DNA from: a virus
Direction: 5' to 3' (one strand)
IMG/VR virus record: IMGVR_UViG_3300026512_000005
Location: 51,991 to 115,990 of that record
DNA length: 64,000 nt
The notes beneath the pieces were generated by a model. The model was not told the origin of the DNA, did not search any database, and saw nothing but the letters and a program-made list of their open reading frames with translations. Each line of letters begins with the position of its first letter. Within the stretch, counting starts at the first letter, position 1. Of the stretch, positions 29,744 to 40,062 are shown piece after piece. Position numbers and translations under genes: made by a program.

Positions 29744-31882
29744 TCCTAGGCCATCTCCAATTTCATCTATTAGTATACTATCTTTCTTTAGGTAATAACC
29801 TAACGACTCTAAGGTCATATGTAACGAACCAACATTATCCTTTATTACACGTTTATAATCTATATAATCAATCAGTTCCTCAGGTATACCTTTATTATAA
29901 ACAAGTATCAAAGGTAAACGAAAAACAGTTATTTTATCTTTATTTATTTTAGATAGAAATGCACGAAACTTGCGTTGTATAGTATCGTCCTTAATATTAT
30001 CTAGAAACTTCACCATGTCACCTTTACTATTAATAGTAGTGGGTACTTTAACGGCCATATACTGTGGGTCTGGTGCACGCCCGTACTTATCACTAAATAC
30101 CTCTTCCCATAACATATAATACATATACGGTGATTCTTTAGCTATTTTCTTATAAGCTTTGGCATCCTTTATTTTCTCCATCTTTAGAACATCTGGACTA
30201 CCATTTCTTATCTTTTCATTTATAAGTTTCTCAGCGTCGTGCACCTTCTCGATGTACTTATCCATAGATAATTGTTTGTTGCCAGTTACATCATTTATAA
30301 TACCTATCATTATCTGTTCACCCATTCCGCGGACAGGGGCATATGCATTTGGTGCTATTAGATTAACACCCTTCTTCTCTAATGACTTAAGTGGGTCCTT
30401 ATGATTAAATACATTACCCTCTTGTATGCGTATATTAGCGAAATAATGTTTAGACACATTTGTGTTAACGAATACATCCCAAAAGAACTCATTTTTCATG
30501 GCTAAAGCTTGAGCTGCTTCATTCGTTATATTCATGTTACCTGCAAATGTTTTAATATAATGGTCAGTTACTTGCGTTACTATAGTCATTACGGATGCTG
30601 CTACTGAAACAGCTTCATCATCTATATTACAACTACCTATAAACCATGTAGACCAGTTTTCATACGTAGCACATGTACTGTCTGTATCACTAAGAACTAT
30701 TGCTTCCCTAACCATATCTTTTACATACGCTATTGAAACTGGAAATATATCCGTTATTAGAAATGCCTTAATTAGCATATCATATTTCAAAAGTACCTCA
30801 GTTAGATTAAGAATAAACGATGACATATGTTGTAAAGCATCTAAACTATAATCTTCAGCTTTCTTACCTTTTATCTTAGAAGAATGAATATGGATAGCCA
30901 GATTTAAAACCCAGCCGGGAGCACCATCTAACACCTGTCTACATTCCGACTTACTATGGTTATTTAATGGATGATTAACCATACTGTTAATCATATCTCT
31001 AACCAGTTTGTCATTAAACTTACGTATATGAAACAAATCGTTATGGTATAAGATAGCCACACGCTCGTAACCTTGTAACGATTCCAAGTATTGAAGTATG
31101 ACTTGTTCTTTTTCTAGGTTTCTCCAGTATTTAACTGTGGATTTCATTAATGAAAACATTACTTCTTCTGCAGTTGGTACATGTAGATTATAAACAGTAA
31201 TAGCTTCTTTTACTTTATCCATATCTAGCATGGCCGCAATCGTAGCTATATGATTAAATGTAATATCAGGAGTTCTATAATGGCGATTACCTGATATGAT
31301 GGATTCAGCTATTGTGTTACCTATAGATGTAACACTACGTGTAATGGAGGTTAATGTATAGTGTGCTGATGGATTATTCAGAACAGTACCCATACTTGCG
31401 TATGCTCCAGATAGACTATTATTAAAAATCTTTTTTACTTTTTGAATTACATTATGGTAAGACGCTTTAACGTAATTTTCTTCCATTTTATATTTAAGGG
31501 CTAATTCTTTATGCATAGCACGTTCTTTAACATTTACATCAATAAATTCTGCATGTAAACTCGCCTTCTTCTTTTTACTAAAGTATACTGTAAATGATGG
31601 TACGATAATGTCGCCAGAAGTTTTTGTATAGTTTACGTAGTTATTGAGGTTATCTATTCTGATTTTACGTACACCATTTAAGTCACGTTCATGAAACTTT
31701 ACTTTTGGATTCTTAAATTGTTTTGTTTCTTTAATATATTTCTTTAATTTCATTATTGGGTTTTCTATATTGTTAACCGTCTGTAGGACCCTACTAGCAA
31801 TTGTTATATAATCCGATATTGGATTCTTTTTATCTGTATATTGCTCTTTTGGTATTTTAAAAATTTGTTCTACACTACTCAT
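29741..31882 (-). CDS. Divergent family-B DNA polymerase, polymerase part (phiKZ gp50-like)
   Basis: KIFNNSLSGAY (motif B), LSDTDST (motif C), KHY and KG motifs. Confidence 0.85.
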   Translation of the reverse strand: MSSVEQIFKIPKEQYTDKKNPISDYITIASRVLQTVNNIENPIMKLKKYIKETKQFKNPKVKFHERDLNGVRKIRIDNLNNYVNYTKTSGDIIVPSFTVYFSKKKKASLHAEFIDVNVKERAMHKELALKYKMEENYVKASYHNVIQKVKKIFNNSLSGAYASMGTVLNNPSAHYTLTSITRSVTSIGNTIAESIISGNRHYRTPDITFNHIATIAAMLDMDKVKEAITVYNLHVPTAEEVMFSLMKSTVKYWRNLEKEQVILQYLESLQGYERVAILYHNDLFHIRKFNDKLVRDMINSMVNHPLNNHSKSECRQVLDGAPGWVLNLAIHIHSSKIKGKKAEDYSLDALQHMSSFILNLTEVLLKYDMLIKAFLITDIFPVSIAYVKDMVREAIVLSDTDSTCATYENWSTWFIGSCNIDDEAVSVAASVMTIVTQVTDHYIKTFAGNMNITNEAAQALAMKNEFFWDVFVNTNVSKHYFANIRIQEGNVFNHKDPLKSLEKKGVNLIAPNAYAPVRGMGEQIMIGIINDVTGNKQLSMDKYIEKVHDAEKLINEKIRNGSPDVLKMEKIKDAKAYKKIAKESPYMYYMLWEEVFSDKYGRAPDPQYMAVKVPTTINSKGDMVKFLDNIKDDTIQRKFRAFLSKINKDKITVFRLPLILVYNKGIPEELIDYIDYKRVIKDNVGSLHMTLESLGYYLKKDSILIDEIGDGLG

Positions 31883-31960
31883 TATTAGTCCTTCATTAAC
31901 TTATATTCAATACTAAGGTTAGTTCTTAAAAAAGAATATGGATATAAGACTTTTAAAGTC

Positions 31961-32926
31961 TTATATCTCGATTATTTCATCTTTGTATGTTCGCATTAGA
32001 ATCTCTCCCATTTCTTTTGTTTTCAGAATACGTTTATTACTATCCAGTATTTTTCTAAACATTGACTTACTATTTATACCCTCTGTTTCCACCATTACTA
32101 TAACTGAAATAAGTGTTGGTAAATCTTCTATCATAGCTACTGATAAATATTTACTATCGGAACTGTAGAAACCTCGTGATAAAGCTTGTAACAAGATATC
32201 TACGGTTAGACCGTCAGCACGACCATTTGTTATGACCGCTTTTATATTATTCACTAGACTACCTATAGTTGCACTAGGAAAGATTAAATCACCAGACTCT
32301 ACCTTATATCTAAGTACACTATATAGTTCTTTTAAGTCACCTCTGGTAAGAGATTGTATATCATCTCTACTTAACATGTGTAATAGAGCATCAAATGTAA
32401 ACTCATCGTTATCCATATACATAGAATAGTAATGTAATTTAGTCATCATCTCTATAACTGGTATTATATTTTTATCGTATAGTATCATTGATACTGTAGA
32501 ACTGATTATTTTGGATATCGCCCTAATTAGACTACTACGTGTGTGCGTTAACCAACTATCCTCTTCATCAAGAAGTAACTTAGTAAAGATAACTCTATAT
32601 AATTGTAATGTACCATTATATTTATCCTGCATCCGTTCACGTAAAGTAATCATATCGTCTAATTTATTTACCATAAATGGACGCATGTCCATAGCAATAA
32701 CATTTTCTTTACGTGTATTAGTAAATATTATAGGATGTGACCACATTGGTAAGTTTTTCTCTTCGTCATTTCTACCCGTTATTAACACTACTCGTGTGTC
32801 GTTTTCAACAATCTCGTAGTTTAGTGGTTCGTCGTTACGTAAGATATATTCATTTATAAGATAAGTTAACTTATCTCTATCAAACATCGTACCTAATGTA
32901 CCACTGTAAACATCATCTATCATCAT
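31961..32926 (-). CDS. Conserved phiKZ-like protein upstream of DNA polymerase (gp49-like)
   Basis: Motifs P.W.HP, DMRPF and AMIE..PT; synteny with the polymerase. Confidence 0.5.
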   Translation of the reverse strand: MMIDDVYSGTLGTMFDRDKLTYLINEYILRNDEPLNYEIVENDTRVVLITGRNDEEKNLPMWSHPIIFTNTRKENVIAMDMRPFMVNKLDDMITLRERMQDKYNGTLQLYRVIFTKLLLDEEDSWLTHTRSSLIRAISKIISSTVSMILYDKNIIPVIEMMTKLHYYSMYMDNDEFTFDALLHMLSRDDIQSLTRGDLKELYSVLRYKVESGDLIFPSATIGSLVNNIKAVITNGRADGLTVDILLQALSRGFYSSDSKYLSVAMIEDLPTLISVIVMVETEGINSKSMFRKILDSNKRILKTKEMGEILMRTYKDEIIEI

Positions 32927-32992
32927 TTATATGTCCTTTGTATCTTTTATTAAAATCAAATTAATTCTATGATTTTATATAAGGATACATAA

Positions 32993-33319
32993 ATGAGTAA
33001 AAAGAAAAAGACAAGTGGTTTTACTAATAACTTCTACGCCATAAACAAATGGGTAGTTGACTGTGATGATTTGAGTGAACAATTGGGGTTAAATGGTTTT
33101 CTATTTAACGTGTTAAAGTCATTATTTGGTATGTCACAGTCTAGACACAGTGGCACTAGCGTTATAAGAGACAGTGAAAAAATAGTACATTACAGTATAA
33201 GGAATTTAATGTTAATAAAACGTAGAGATAATATTAAGTTTACTATTGGTGATTTATTAGTAGAATTAATACAAAGGTTACCTGAGAAAGAGCAACAAAA
33301 AATAAAAGACAAGCTATAA
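32993..33319 (+). CDS. DUF3310-like small phage protein
   Basis: Pattern Y...DCDDL.E.LGLN..FN.LK...RH.G....RD..K..HY. Confidence 0.55.
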   Translation: MSKKKKTSGFTNNFYAINKWVVDCDDLSEQLGLNGFLFNVLKSLFGMSQSRHSGTSVIRDSEKIVHYSIRNLMLIKRRDNIKFTIGDLLVELIQRLPEKEQQKIKDKL

Positions 33320-33349
33320 TATATACTAGGATTGTAATCCTAGTATATA
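33320..33349. terminator. Bidirectional hairpin between convergent genes
   Basis: TATATACTAGGATT-gt-AATCCTAGTATATA. Confidence 0.6.
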
Positions 33350-33777
33350 AAAGAGTTCTTGAGTTTATTAGTCTTGGCATAATCGGTAATTATTTTACTA
33401 CTTGTTTCGCTATCGTAGAAACCACTGGGTAGAACATTCATATGTACCGTATCAAAATTTACACGTTTATTATACTTGTCATAAGCATCAATCAACACTA
33501 TAAGTAACAACATAATTTTACCAGGGTTATTTAGTTCATACATGTAAGCTAAAACAACTGCTAAGTTAATGGACACTTTATCTTCTAGTTTAAAGGCTTT
33601 AATACGCTTGACCATAAAACTACCTATTGCATCATTCTTGAGTTCATTAACTAATTCCACTAACTCGTCTGGAAGATGCTCCAAATCTTTATCATGAAAC
33701 ATCAGCATCAGTAACATTCCGTTCTTACTTAGAACGTTGTATTTAATCGGTATATCTTTAATATCGCTAATATGCAT
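33340..33777 (-). CDS. Hypothetical protein
   Basis: 145 aa ORF coupled to the upstream gene. Confidence 0.55.
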   Translation of the reverse strand: MHISDIKDIPIKYNVLSKNGMLLMLMFHDKDLEHLPDELVELVNELKNDAIGSFMVKRIKAFKLEDKVSINLAVVLAYMYELNNPGKIMLLLIVLIDAYDKYNKRVNFDTVHMNVLPSGFYDSETSSKIITDYAKTNKLKNSFIY

Positions 33778-33778
33778 C

Positions 33779-34264
33779 CTATAATCCTAATATTTTATTT
33801 TGTAGAAATTTAACTTTAACACGTATGGAATTAGCATAAACTTTACTACCATTATAAGCTGTCCATACTTTATTGTAATCCCCATTATAGGCTTTTACTA
33901 ATGTTTGTAATTTATTAATGACATATGTTTCTGCCACATCAGGTTGTGTCATTAAAATTGTGGCATATCTAGAACGATTCCACATGGTATCCTTGACTTT
34001 TATCTCTTTTAAATACCAATAGATATTTATGTGGTATAGTCCGTAATCAGACGACATTTCGCCAACGGTAAGTTGCCATCTACCACCTAGTGATTCGTGC
34101 CAGCATATTGCCGCTAAACTGAAACCAAGGTTATATTGTAAGCCTTTGTAATATGAACTCATGATTACTTCTCGTTCTTTATGAGAAAGTGATAACCAAT
34201 CTTTCTCAATACTCTGTGCATGTAACGTTATAACTATTAATATAGTCATGATTAATGTTTTCAT
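33779..34264 (-). CDS. Secreted lytic transglycosylase (SLT/GH23-like), candidate endolysin
   Basis: Signal peptide MKTLIMTILIVITLHA; catalytic AI.WHES, DYGLYHIN and AYNG motifs. Confidence 0.8.
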   Translation of the reverse strand: MKTLIMTILIVITLHAQSIEKDWLSLSHKEREVIMSSYYKGLQYNLGFSLAAICWHESLGGRWQLTVGEMSSDYGLYHINIYWYLKEIKVKDTMWNRSRYATILMTQPDVAETYVINKLQTLVKAYNGDYNKVWTAYNGSKVYANSIRVKVKFLQNKILGL

Positions 34265-34336
34265 TTGTTTCCTGTTATTTATTTTAAAAAAGAATACGAA
34301 TATATCATAGATGCAAAAACACCTATGATATAAGTT

Positions 34337-36172
34337 CTAATATCTAAAAGATCTATATTGTGGCATATTTCTAGCACTACCTGTTGTATGTGTTGTACCA
34401 AAGTTATGAGCTGTAACTCTACCAGCACTATATGCATTTGAGATTGCCTGTAGATTAGTATGGTTATTATTAGACATGTTTGGTGCCTCAATACGTGGTG
34501 TATAGTTAGATCTAGATGCACCTCTTATAAGCGTATCCATAAACGCACCGTTAAGCACTATACGTCGTGCTTTACCAGTAACTACTGGTTTTACTTTAAG
34601 TATACGAGCTAGTTTATCAATTACTTCCAGTCTTAGAGTATAAGGTAAGATACCACGAGTATCTAGACATTGACTATCTGATAAATTAGAGCGTGCCCAA
34701 TCGTAGATCAACTGTTGGTCATTTGTTTTATCCGCTATAAAGGTTGTAGTGATTTCACGGAAATCGTGACGTTCACCATCAGCGTATTCAAAATATCCAA
34801 TTGGTATTGTAAGACCTTCATCAGCTGCTACTTCCATCTCATCAATAGCAAAACCTAATAAATCTTCGGTAGCGGTTAGAATCTCATCATTAGCCATTGC
34901 ACCATAATTAGGATGTCCCAACGTTGTGAATGCAGATGTATATGCAAAGTCTGGACCATAGAATTCAATCTCTACTGCAAATAGAGGCATGTCAGTAAAA
35001 TGTTCCTGAATGATATCCGCAACCATATCTGGTTTAGCTTTAGGATCTTTAAAATCTATGCGTTCACCCAGTTGTTTAGGGTCACCACCATAATTAAATA
35101 AGAAATTTAGCACTCCACCATTTTTCTCTATAATAAGATTTCTAAGGTTGGCGTATGATGTAAATACCGCACTATTGATGATACTCGTTAATACGTGGTT
35201 AAGTGTAGGTACTTTACCAACAAACTCATTTAGAATGATCATAGGCTCTGCTATTTTCGTAGAGACACCACTATACGCATGCGTTTTACTTCTAATAAGA
35301 TAATCCATATAACCTGTTGCTAGTGCAATACGCTTGCGTCCTTCAACATCATTAATACCACGCATAACGGTATTTTTAACTATAGATGACTCGATAAAGA
35401 AATCAGTATGTACCGGTCTACCCAGTTTATTAACTGTAATACCATCGTTAAATGATAGGTCTACATTTAGGTAAGAGTTTCTACTATCTTTAGTTAAAAT
35501 ATTTAAAGTAATATCTCTACCTTTACCTGTATCTTTCATGTAAGCAACATAAAATAAATCGTGTGCTTGTTTAGTCACGATATCAGCCGCTACTAAAACT
35601 GGAGTATTATTAGGTACAACCATACCCTCTAAACTTGCTGTCGGTACATCACCAAAAGCTTTTGATAAAAGGTATTTAACTTTCTCGATTACGGTTCTAT
35701 CAAATCCGTCTGCTGTAACATACAATGCAGTACCGTCTTTCTGGTCCATATCTTCTAGGACTTGCTCTACGGTAAGTGGTTCACGTCCAGTTATCTCCAG
35801 TAAAGCGGCGAAGTAATAGATTTTACCGTTGTCAGCTTGTAGTGCATAAACTATATACGAGTGTCCAATCATGAACTTGTCTTTATCCATTTTAAAAACT
35901 TTGATATTAAGTTTAGAAGATTTCACAACTTCCACAGCACGTGTATAAAATTCTTCTAGGTATTCGTTATCACCGGTTGTACCTGATAGTAAAACATCAG
36001 TGTCGGTTAAACCAAATATTTCTAATTCAGCTGGTGCATCATCAGGTGTAGGTGATACCCCACTAACCTCTTCGTTTGATAATGGTGTACTCGTTTGTGT
36101 TTGTCTTCTCGACGCTCTTGGTGTATTTAGAGTTTCACTTTCATGAATCTCGAATCCTGTGTCTACTGCCAT
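34337..36172 (-). CDS. chmA: Chimallin, phage nuclear shell protein
   Basis: 611 aa with a disordered N-terminus. Segment S.IV....YYFAALLEITGREPLT...YVTAD..D...EGMVVP matches the remembered phiKZ gp54 pattern (FYFIVLLEATGRSP); also P.GY....G...D.R and TGKA.R. Early promoter upstream. Confidence 0.85.
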   Translation of the reverse strand: MAVDTGFEIHESETLNTPRASRRQTQTSTPLSNEEVSGVSPTPDDAPAELEIFGLTDTDVLLSGTTGDNEYLEEFYTRAVEVVKSSKLNIKVFKMDKDKFMIGHSYIVYALQADNGKIYYFAALLEITGREPLTVEQVLEDMDQKDGTALYVTADGFDRTVIEKVKYLLSKAFGDVPTASLEGMVVPNNTPVLVAADIVTKQAHDLFYVAYMKDTGKGRDITLNILTKDSRNSYLNVDLSFNDGITVNKLGRPVHTDFFIESSIVKNTVMRGINDVEGRKRIALATGYMDYLIRSKTHAYSGVSTKIAEPMIILNEFVGKVPTLNHVLTSIINSAVFTSYANLRNLIIEKNGGVLNFLFNYGGDPKQLGERIDFKDPKAKPDMVADIIQEHFTDMPLFAVEIEFYGPDFAYTSAFTTLGHPNYGAMANDEILTATEDLLGFAIDEMEVAADEGLTIPIGYFEYADGERHDFREITTTFIADKTNDQQLIYDWARSNLSDSQCLDTRGILPYTLRLEVIDKLARILKVKPVVTGKARRIVLNGAFMDTLIRGASRSNYTPRIEAPNMSNNNHTNLQAISNAYSAGRVTAHNFGTTHTTGSARNMPQYRSFRY

Positions 36173-36214
36173 GTTCTTTCCTTTTTTAGTTAAATTGCAA
36201 TTTGAACTCTAAGG

Positions 36215-36231
36215 CTCATATAAGTAATATA
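36215..36231 (-). promoter_or_regulatory. Putative early promoter of chmA
   Basis: TATATTACTTATATG contains the phiKZ early TATTAC core. Confidence 0.7.
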
Positions 36232-36398
36232 CCTATATAAAACTTTAGAATTAAAAAGATTCGTACTTTCTTACTGTATCAGTAATCCAATTAAAGATTA
36301 CTTTTATACTTATTCATATTATAGTTAAACATATAAAAAAAAATATAGAAAACTAATTAGGTTAGTTTTCTTTGAAAAAAATAGAATAGGGATATAAA

Positions 36399-37466
36399 AT
36401 GTTAAATAAACTATGGGATAGAAATGATGTTAATTATAAACATCTTACATATGGTAAAGTCAATAGTCTTAAACATTACTTTAATAGTTATATAGACGGT
36501 AGTAATACATACTATGGTAGTCTTAATAACGCGGTAATGCGACCTAATCCAATTATTAAATTATTAGATTTATTAGAAGTGAATATACACGAAACGATAA
36601 CTGAACTTTACTACAGACTGGACGCAACTGCTATCTATATAGCCAATGACGTAAACCTTGTTACTACGGTTAACAAAAATACGGAACCGTTGACAGGAAC
36701 CATTATAAAAGATATGGATGAGTACTTCCTGTATACGACCGACAAATTTGATATTAATAATAAGAGTTTAACTACTACGCCTATTAAGTGTTTATATACC
36801 ACACTGGATAGAATTTTTATAACACACCCTACCATGTTTACTGAAGCGATTGAAGATATCGACTTTACTATATACGAAATAGATGTTGTTAAATTGGGTA
36901 TAGGATATTATCACTGGATGAAGGAACAACATTTTTTGAATAATAATACAGATGCAGGTAGGTTCTTATTTGAGGTTGTATTTAACAATCTAACGAGTAG
37001 TCTAGTAGATATGAACCTTGCTAATAGATTTATACGTATGTTTAACGGCGAAACACCCAGTAAGTTTAAGAACTTTAATGTTTTTATACTAAAGGATTTT
37101 ACAAGAGACCTGGAAAAATGTTACGATTTTTACATTAAGAATTTGAAAATAGATAGGTTAGATTATTCCGAATATTTATCCAACATACCCCTTATGGTTA
37201 AGGATAACCTTTTAGACATACTAGATATACCGAGTACGACATTAAATCGACGTAATAAATGGTTAGTATGGTTGAGTAGATTTGATTTTATTATCTTTAT
37301 AATAAAGGAATTAGACAGTACCACTAATAGACATAGATTAAATGATTTAAGAATAAACTTAGAATTTGATAAACGTAATGGTATCTTTAAAGTTAAGAAC
37401 TCAGGATTACAATTTCTAATAGATGACAAAGTACAAGAAATAGAGAACATATTAAAGGATTTATAA
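36399..37466 (+). CDS. Conserved phiKZ-like protein divergent from chimallin (gp52-like)
   Basis: 355 aa; synteny with chmA. Confidence 0.5.
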   Translation: MLNKLWDRNDVNYKHLTYGKVNSLKHYFNSYIDGSNTYYGSLNNAVMRPNPIIKLLDLLEVNIHETITELYYRLDATAIYIANDVNLVTTVNKNTEPLTGTIIKDMDEYFLYTTDKFDINNKSLTTTPIKCLYTTLDRIFITHPTMFTEAIEDIDFTIYEIDVVKLGIGYYHWMKEQHFLNNNTDAGRFLFEVVFNNLTSSLVDMNLANRFIRMFNGETPSKFKNFNVFILKDFTRDLEKCYDFYIKNLKIDRLDYSEYLSNIPLMVKDNLLDILDIPSTTLNRRNKWLVWLSRFDFIIFIIKELDSTTNRHRLNDLRINLEFDKRNGIFKVKNSGLQFLIDDKVQEIENILKDL

Positions 37467-38279
37467 ATGAATGCACTAATCTATAGTATAAATAGAATTT
37501 TAAGAGTGATACCGAAGGACATTTTACATTTAGCATTTATGCGAAAAGTTGAATCGTATAATATACCCAAGATGCGAACTACTACGTTGCAACAACAAAT
37601 ACAAGAACTAGTATTGGATAATATTGTTCTTGTAGATATAAACCTGATAAGTGGTATGAGTCTATCTATACCTATTGATAAATGTCATATGTATGAATAT
37701 GAGCATGACAGTGGTTCACGTAATATTGTTATACGAGTACCATTTAATTTAACTAATGATAAACGTATCTCGGCAGTATATAATCTTACTACAAATGGTA
37801 GTAATGTTGATAGTAAAATATCCAAAGGTGATTACATTACTGGACAGATAGGTGAGCAACTTGCTAAAACAACACGTAGTAGCCCTGGTATGGTGTACAC
37901 TGGTCTGGAAATAATCTCTAGTAATACGATATTGGTACATGATGATATTTCTATTATATCAAATGGTTTTCTTAACGTAACTGTTGAGAATAATCGTAAT
38001 CTTAGTAATTTTAAACCCAGAAGTCAAATACAATTTGCTAAGATGGTTGTTCTAGCTGCTAAAATGTTCATTTATAATACACTAATATTAGAGTTAGATA
38101 AAGGTGCATTATATCATGGTCATGAACTAAACAGAATATCCGAAATAATTGATAAGTATGAAAGTGCTGAAGAAGAGTATAATACCTTCCTAGAAACTAA
38201 GTGGCCTAAGATTTCGTTTGTGAATGATGATATCGCAATGTCTAGTTATATAAAACTAATAGCAGGACCGTTACAATAG
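37467..38279 (+). CDS. Conserved Chimalliviridae core protein
   Basis: Motifs MNA..Y.I..I...IP..IL..AF, A.K..IYN, G.EL..I...I..Y..AEE.Y. Confidence 0.55.
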   Translation: MNALIYSINRILRVIPKDILHLAFMRKVESYNIPKMRTTTLQQQIQELVLDNIVLVDINLISGMSLSIPIDKCHMYEYEHDSGSRNIVIRVPFNLTNDKRISAVYNLTTNGSNVDSKISKGDYITGQIGEQLAKTTRSSPGMVYTGLEIISSNTILVHDDISIISNGFLNVTVENNRNLSNFKPRSQIQFAKMVVLAAKMFIYNTLILELDKGALYHGHELNRISEIIDKYESAEEEYNTFLETKWPKISFVNDDIAMSSYIKLIAGPLQ

Positions 38280-38282
38280 TAG

Positions 38283-38310
38283 CTATATAGGAGAGTATTC
38301 TCCTATATAG
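38283..38310. terminator. Bidirectional hairpin between convergent genes
   Basis: CTATATAGGAGA-gtat-TCTCCTATATAG. Confidence 0.65.
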
Positions 38311-38311
38311 T

Positions 38312-39670
38312 TTATTTTATTTTTGAGTTACCATATCTGAGTATTACATTAGATAAATGCTTAGCTTCATCCATGTTTAAAGCTTTCTCGTGTATTAATA
38401 AATGTTTTAGCACACCACGTGTTACTTGATCTTTGTCTTTATTAACACCGATATCATCCTGCTCTTGTCCCAACATAATTGCGTTATGTACAGTATTAGG
38501 TAATTCATTAAAATCATAATTACTATCTGTAAATACTTCATCACCATTAACATACATTGTCAAGCCCTTACCCTTCTTAAATGATAGACTATAACTAATA
38601 GTTGTATTAAGTGGAATTTGTACGCCTGTACCGGGACTAATATTGCGGTCATTAACAGTATGTGATAATTTAAGTATACCTTTATAGTTCACTAATAAAA
38701 TATAGTTACCGTATGAACATCTACCGTCTACAGCCCATGACAGAATAGGTCTGAAACCTTCATTATCGTATGACTTGTACGTACCTGAAATAGTAAAATC
38801 TTCGGCATGTGATAGATTTTCTAATAGTACATATCGTTTAATACTTTCATTACTTTTAGGGAACTCTAAACCATCGTTGGTATACCTTAGTAACTCACCA
38901 TCTATACCATCTACTTTGCCAATAACATTTAACGAGTCCTGAGTAAGAGGCCAGTAATCACGTAAAGTATCATTGAAATCAATACCACTAAAATTAACCA
39001 TACGTTTAAAATTCACATTTCTACATTTAGTTACCATACTTGCGTAATAAAGGTTACGTCCTTCACTTACTGTAAGCGTCCCCTTAAATAATCGGGTACT
39101 ACCTAACGTACCTGTGAACGTATACCGCTCGTCACCATTCTTGATAGACCAGAATGAACCTACATATAGTTTACCATTAGCATAATTTATAATTGCTGAT
39201 TTAGTAGAAAATTTACCTGTTATCTGTTTAAGTTTTTGTTTAACACCATCTATAGTTATTTCGTTATTACTGACGTCGTAATTACTGAATTTGACAATTA
39301 GGTGATGTTCCTTACCATCTCTAAAGATATCAGCACTGCAACCATAGATGTCTTTAAACGTAGTATTAAAACCTATTACACCGTCTTTAAAAACAAGACT
39401 ATATGCACCATTACCAAATAGTATCTTAAATCCACCATCTGGATTAACGCTAACCTTTGTCTCTATAGTTAAATTAAAATCGCTATCGTTATCTAAATCG
39501 AATTCACCTATTAATACCTTACCATTTATAAATTTACCTACCTTGCCAGAAGATGTTTTTTCAATCTCAACTGCACCTGTTAGTACTTCTGGTATCTTAC
39601 CCTTAAATTCTAATTCTTTTATTAACTCAGCATTTACTGGTGAGAATTCCAATTTATGTTTTCTATCCAT
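38312..39670 (-). CDS. Tandem LamG/concanavalin-like lectin protein, C-terminal domain pentraxin-like
   Basis: Motifs DG..HH, YWPL, YVNG, MLGQEQD and G.L....I...AL. Confidence 0.75.
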   Translation of the reverse strand: MDRKHKLEFSPVNAELIKELEFKGKIPEVLTGAVEIEKTSSGKVGKFINGKVLIGEFDLDNDSDFNLTIETKVSVNPDGGFKILFGNGAYSLVFKDGVIGFNTTFKDIYGCSADIFRDGKEHHLIVKFSNYDVSNNEITIDGVKQKLKQITGKFSTKSAIINYANGKLYVGSFWSIKNGDERYTFTGTLGSTRLFKGTLTVSEGRNLYYASMVTKCRNVNFKRMVNFSGIDFNDTLRDYWPLTQDSLNVIGKVDGIDGELLRYTNDGLEFPKSNESIKRYVLLENLSHAEDFTISGTYKSYDNEGFRPILSWAVDGRCSYGNYILLVNYKGILKLSHTVNDRNISPGTGVQIPLNTTISYSLSFKKGKGLTMYVNGDEVFTDSNYDFNELPNTVHNAIMLGQEQDDIGVNKDKDQVTRGVLKHLLIHEKALNMDEAKHLSNVILRYGNSKIK

Positions 39671-39703
39671 AATATCTTTCCTTTTTTTTAATGTTCAAAA
39701 TAT

Positions 39704-39733
39704 GTTAACTATGGTAGTACTACCATAGTTAAC
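39704..39733. terminator. 30-bp perfect palindrome ending the holin/cytochrome unit
   Basis: GTTAACTATGGTAGTACTACCATAGTTAAC. Confidence 0.6.
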
Positions 39734-40049
39734 TCGTTATATAATATTGTTTAAGCTTTTCTATATCCATAAAGATATTTTGTTTTATATCAAGTACACC
39801 ATCTATGAACAATATAAAATCTTTTTCTTTAAGGTTTACTATAAAACTTATATCAGTAGCGGTTGGAGAAACATTAATATAAAACTCACTCATAACCAAT
39901 GTACAATTACTGTATTTGTGATTGACAATTATATTATTACATTGTTCGATAGAGTCGGTCCGTTCATCCTCAATATCATTCATACCTAGTACTAAAGAGG
40001 TAGTTGTCCTACCTCTATTTTGTTCATCATCGGTTATAATTACAGCCAT
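39729..40049 (-). CDS. Hypothetical protein
   Basis: 106 aa ORF with AAGGA RBS, downstream of the cytochrome gene. Confidence 0.5.
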   Translation of the reverse strand: MAVIITDDEQNRGRTTTSLVLGMNDIEDERTDSIEQCNNIIVNHKYSNCTLVMSEFYINVSPTATDISFIVNLKEKDFILFIDGVLDIKQNIFMDIEKLKQYYITS

Positions 40050-40062
40050 GTTATTAAATTCC

